A DNA stretch of 63,333 nucleotides, the filler included, from Squatina squatina (Eukaryota): the NCBI GenBank assembly GCA_031763465.1. It is 4 parts of 4 records of this genome, joined end to end, with 100 filler letters (N's around TTAATTAATTAA, not from the genome) between each part and the next. Parts side by side here need not be neighbours in the genome. Positions count along the whole stretch, not along the records: positions 46,501 to 63,333 come from JARFOE010000176.1; 3 more parts are not named here. One strand, written 5' to 3'. Every line of letters starts with the position of its first letter. Within the stretch, counting starts at the first letter, position 1. Position numbers and translations under genes: made by a program. A model generated the notes under the pieces. It was not told where the DNA came from. It made no database searches and saw only the letters and a program-made list of their open reading frames with translations. Positions 60,246 through 63,333 of the stretch are shown here, piece after piece.

Positions 60246-61102
60246 TGAGATGGTGAAAGAAACAGTTTGCAGACCAAACCACAACATGTCAAAGTTCTAA
60301 GTATGTTCATAGTATCACATTGGCATCCGAGAGCTGGTTTGTTGTACAGTAAGCAAGTAATTATGTTTGAGTAAAGAAATAAAATGAAGTATGAATAAAG
60401 CAACAGCGAACCTACCCGCTTACTGATTTGCTTCACTGTACAAAGATGCAATGGTTGTGCCTGGACTCGGCAGCTATGCTGACAGGAAATGGTTTGAAGT
60501 AGAATGGGCGTAAAACCTCAGGCAGGATCCTTAATTGTTTTCATACATAATAGTGTATTTTATAATAGAACTGGTGTTAAACAAAACTGACTGAAATATT
60601 TGACTCATTTATTTGAGAGATGCTCAGACAATGAAGTGAGTGAAGCAAATTTAGTTCAAATTTCACAGGAAAATATCACTTTAGTAATGTGAAATTTCAG
60701 TTATTGTGATTTTTTTTGTGTAATATGTTGCTATAACGGGCATGCACTAGATGAAAACTTTAATATATAGATGATTTTTGGATGTTCTGTCAGGAGGTTG
60801 AATGGGGAAGAGAGAACGGTGTGATGTCTGGTAATGTATTACACCTCCCAATAATTAGAGTCCTTTGAAAATGGATATTTTACTGTTCCTGAGGCCACAC
60901 CTCATATTGGTGATAACGTAAATGTAAAAATCTCATATTGCTGTCTCTTGTGCTATAGATCTGTTTTCCTCCACCCTTCTTTAAAACGGGCTTATAATAG
61001 TCGTGGGCAAAATAAGGCCAATTAAGACTCCTAATTTTTTTTTCAAAGACACTTTTTTTGTTAAATAGAATTAACAATTTTTTAATCTCTTAAATCCCAA
61101 AG

Positions 61103-61220
61103 AGAACACCGAATCCAGGAGGGAAAAGTATTTGCTACTTTGGGTGTTAGTGCCCACGGTGATGTCATAGTTGCTGCCTTTCACATGCGATCAACAATTG
61201 GTGGAAGACTTCAAGCAAAG
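61103..61220 (+). CDS. DNAJC6: DNAJC6 exon, C2 tensin-type domain
   Basis: aaag|A GAA: EHRIQEGKVFATLGVSAHGDVIVAAFHMRSTIGGRLQAK|gttggt, 118 nt. Not in the ORF track. Confidence 0.92.
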
Positions 61221-61479
61221 GTTGGTCCATGTAGCATCAACAATTAGCTGAAATGATATTCATTCAGTGGGGATATATGAATTCCATAAACTTTAGTTTG
61301 GGATAGGAAAGGTCAAAGTGTATATTTTCCAGCTTCTGAAGTTGAAGCCACTAATAAAATAAAATGGGGCTGTTCTGGAATGTACAAAAGAATTGTCCAT
61401 CACTGGAGTGATAGAGAAGCTCATGCTCCCTCCATCCCCAAGTTTGGAAGGATGGAAAATAATTTGGAATCCCCCATTG

Positions 61480-62090
61480 CTATTTCACAACCTCTGCTGG
61501 TAGGGGACAGTACCAAAGGAAAGGGAACCATTTGACCATAGCGATTAGAAAGGGAAGTTGGGTTGTTAGCAATTTAGTGGAAAAAGGATTTAAGGAGCAT
61601 GAGCTTGGAAAGGGCCCAAGAAAAGATGGGAGGAAAAACTAAAAAGAAATGTGGGTTCAGGTGGTATCAAGCATAGGGTGTGGGGCTGGGGGTGTGGAGG
61701 AGGGAGATTTGGCTTGGACAAACGGTGAGGGGGCCTGCTGGGGGAAGAAATAGCTGAAGAAATTATCTCCATTGAATTGAAGTCCATGAAATCCTCACTC
61801 TTGTTGGAGGCAAGGGGTAGGGTGTTAAGGAGATGGTAAGTAGTGGAGAAGAGAAGCTGAGGGTTATCTTTGCTTTCCAGAATCATTCCAGAGTAGTTGG
61901 CTTTTGCAGAGGAGAGAGCCCCTAATCGGGCTTGATCTGGTCCAACCAGATTTGGTCATGGATGGCTAAACCAGTTATGCCCCAGGCACGCTCAATTATG
62001 TGCCTTTTGGCCTTGAGGGAATGAAGATTAGGGAACACCGGAGGAATGCACAGGACGGTAGAAGTGAAGGTTTACTGTGGACAAGGACGT
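61480..62090 (-). mobile_element. L2-like LINE ORF2 fragment, antisense, intronic
   Basis: Antisense ILESKDNPQLLFSTT.HLL...CEDFMDF-like string typical of the L2 pre-RT region; degraded. Confidence 0.7.
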
Positions 62091-62893
62091 CAAAAATACT
62101 TTATAAAAAAAAACAAGAAAGCCTATGAGGCATAGTAAGCTCAACCCTTTATAGATAAATCAACCCCATTTACCTGGTAGCTTATTCCATGCCTCAATCT
62201 CTCCTCTCTCCAGGAACCCTTCTGTTAATCCTTTGAATCCATTTATACTGTCCACTTCACTAGTCTTCCTGAGTAACTTATGACACAACTCCCGTTTTCT
62301 CTTTGGGAGAAAATGTTCTCCTCAGTTCTTGATTTTTAAAGCTATGCTCCTTCGCCACAGTGAACAATTCGCCTGGATCCACTTTGTCCACTCTATAGAA
62401 AATTGGGCCAAAGGCTCCTCATTCCCAAATAAAAAAAACTAATTTTGTTGAACTGTTGCTGTGAATTTCTGTTTTCCTTTTGCCAGAACTCCAGTCTCGG
62501 TGTGTATGTGGTTTTGTATCCGGTCAGTCCCCCGTCCTAGATCTTTTCACAGTTAGCTTATTCTTCTGTGAAGACCTATAGGGCGCTCTCTTCCATTTAC
62601 TTGTTAAAACTTTCTGCTGTTTAAGCCTCATAAATTTGCATGTTGCTGACTATAGACTGAGGGAAATCATTTTAGTAAAATTCAGTGGCTTCAAGATCTC
62701 CAACTGTTGGTACAATCCACATAATTTCAAAAACATACGTCAGTTGAAAATGATTGGTACTATTTGCCCTCTTCAATACAGTAAACCGTATTCATTGCAA
62801 TTTTGTGAACTGGAATGCCTGTTCTGTGTATATACTGCGGCTTGAGTATTGCCTCTCCAATTATTAAAATTTAAGTTTTTTTTTCCTCTTTAG

Positions 62894-62973
62894 TTAACAA
62901 ACACACAAATATTCCAGATCCAAGTCCATACTGGATTCATTGCTCCTGGAATCTCTATATTAAAGTTTACAAA
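62894..62973 (+). CDS. DNAJC6: DNAJC6 exon, C2 tensin-type domain
   Basis: tttag|LTNTQIFQIQVHTGFIAPGISILKFTK|gtgagt, 80 nt; phase matches the preceding exon. Confidence 0.93.
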
Positions 62974-63333
62974 GTGAGTAATAATTTATTTAATGTGTTT
63001 TTATCCAATGCAAATATACTTATAGACACTTTGTTTCAACAGACACCATTGTGTGGCCAAAGGATAATATTTGTCAACTGTTCATGAGCTTTTAATACTT
63101 GATGCAATCTGTGTATTTGGGGATTTGTGTTTGAAAATATGTTTTGCAGAATTAAATTGGTCCATTTCTCTCTCCTGTAGAGTTAGTCATTTCAGAATTA
63201 CAGACAGCTTTTCACCACTTAATATTTTAATCACAGGTGTTTACTGAAAAACCTAAGTTGGATACAGACTAAGGGAAACTTCAATTATAAGAAACCTAAA
63301 TTGAAAAATAGAAAATGTGGGAAATACACAGCA

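Overview
Vertebrate genomic DNA, almost certainly from a cartilaginous fish (shark-like CR1/L2/RTE LINEs, Deu-domain SINEs, Penelope-like remnants, gnathostome genes). It comes from a fragmented draft assembly and is not one locus. Three artificial spacers (44 N + TTAATTAATTAA + 44 N, at 14587-14686, 28714-28813 and 46401-46500) join four apparently unrelated blocks, and each block is a chain of small contigs separated by placeholder 100-N gaps. Block 1 (1-14586) holds repeats and no gene I recognise. Block 2 has the 3' exons of COBL followed by a CpG island and scattered exons of GRB10 (+). Block 3 has FBXO10 (-), FRMPD1 (+) and KCMF1 (+). Block 4 has JAK1 (-), AK4 (+) and DNAJC6/auxilin (+). 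Gene names come from my recall of the human/mouse proteins plus splice-site and phase consistency, not from a database search, and all gene models are partial. I found no convincing new biological system. The best second-look items are a U12 AT-AC donor in KCMF1, a probable DNAJC6 first exon carrying two uORFs and no in-frame ATG, an altered P-loop in the auxilin PTEN-like domain, a COBLL1-like tail on COBL, a candidate internal first exon of GRB10, three minisatellites, and evidence that some 100-N gaps are really small overlaps.
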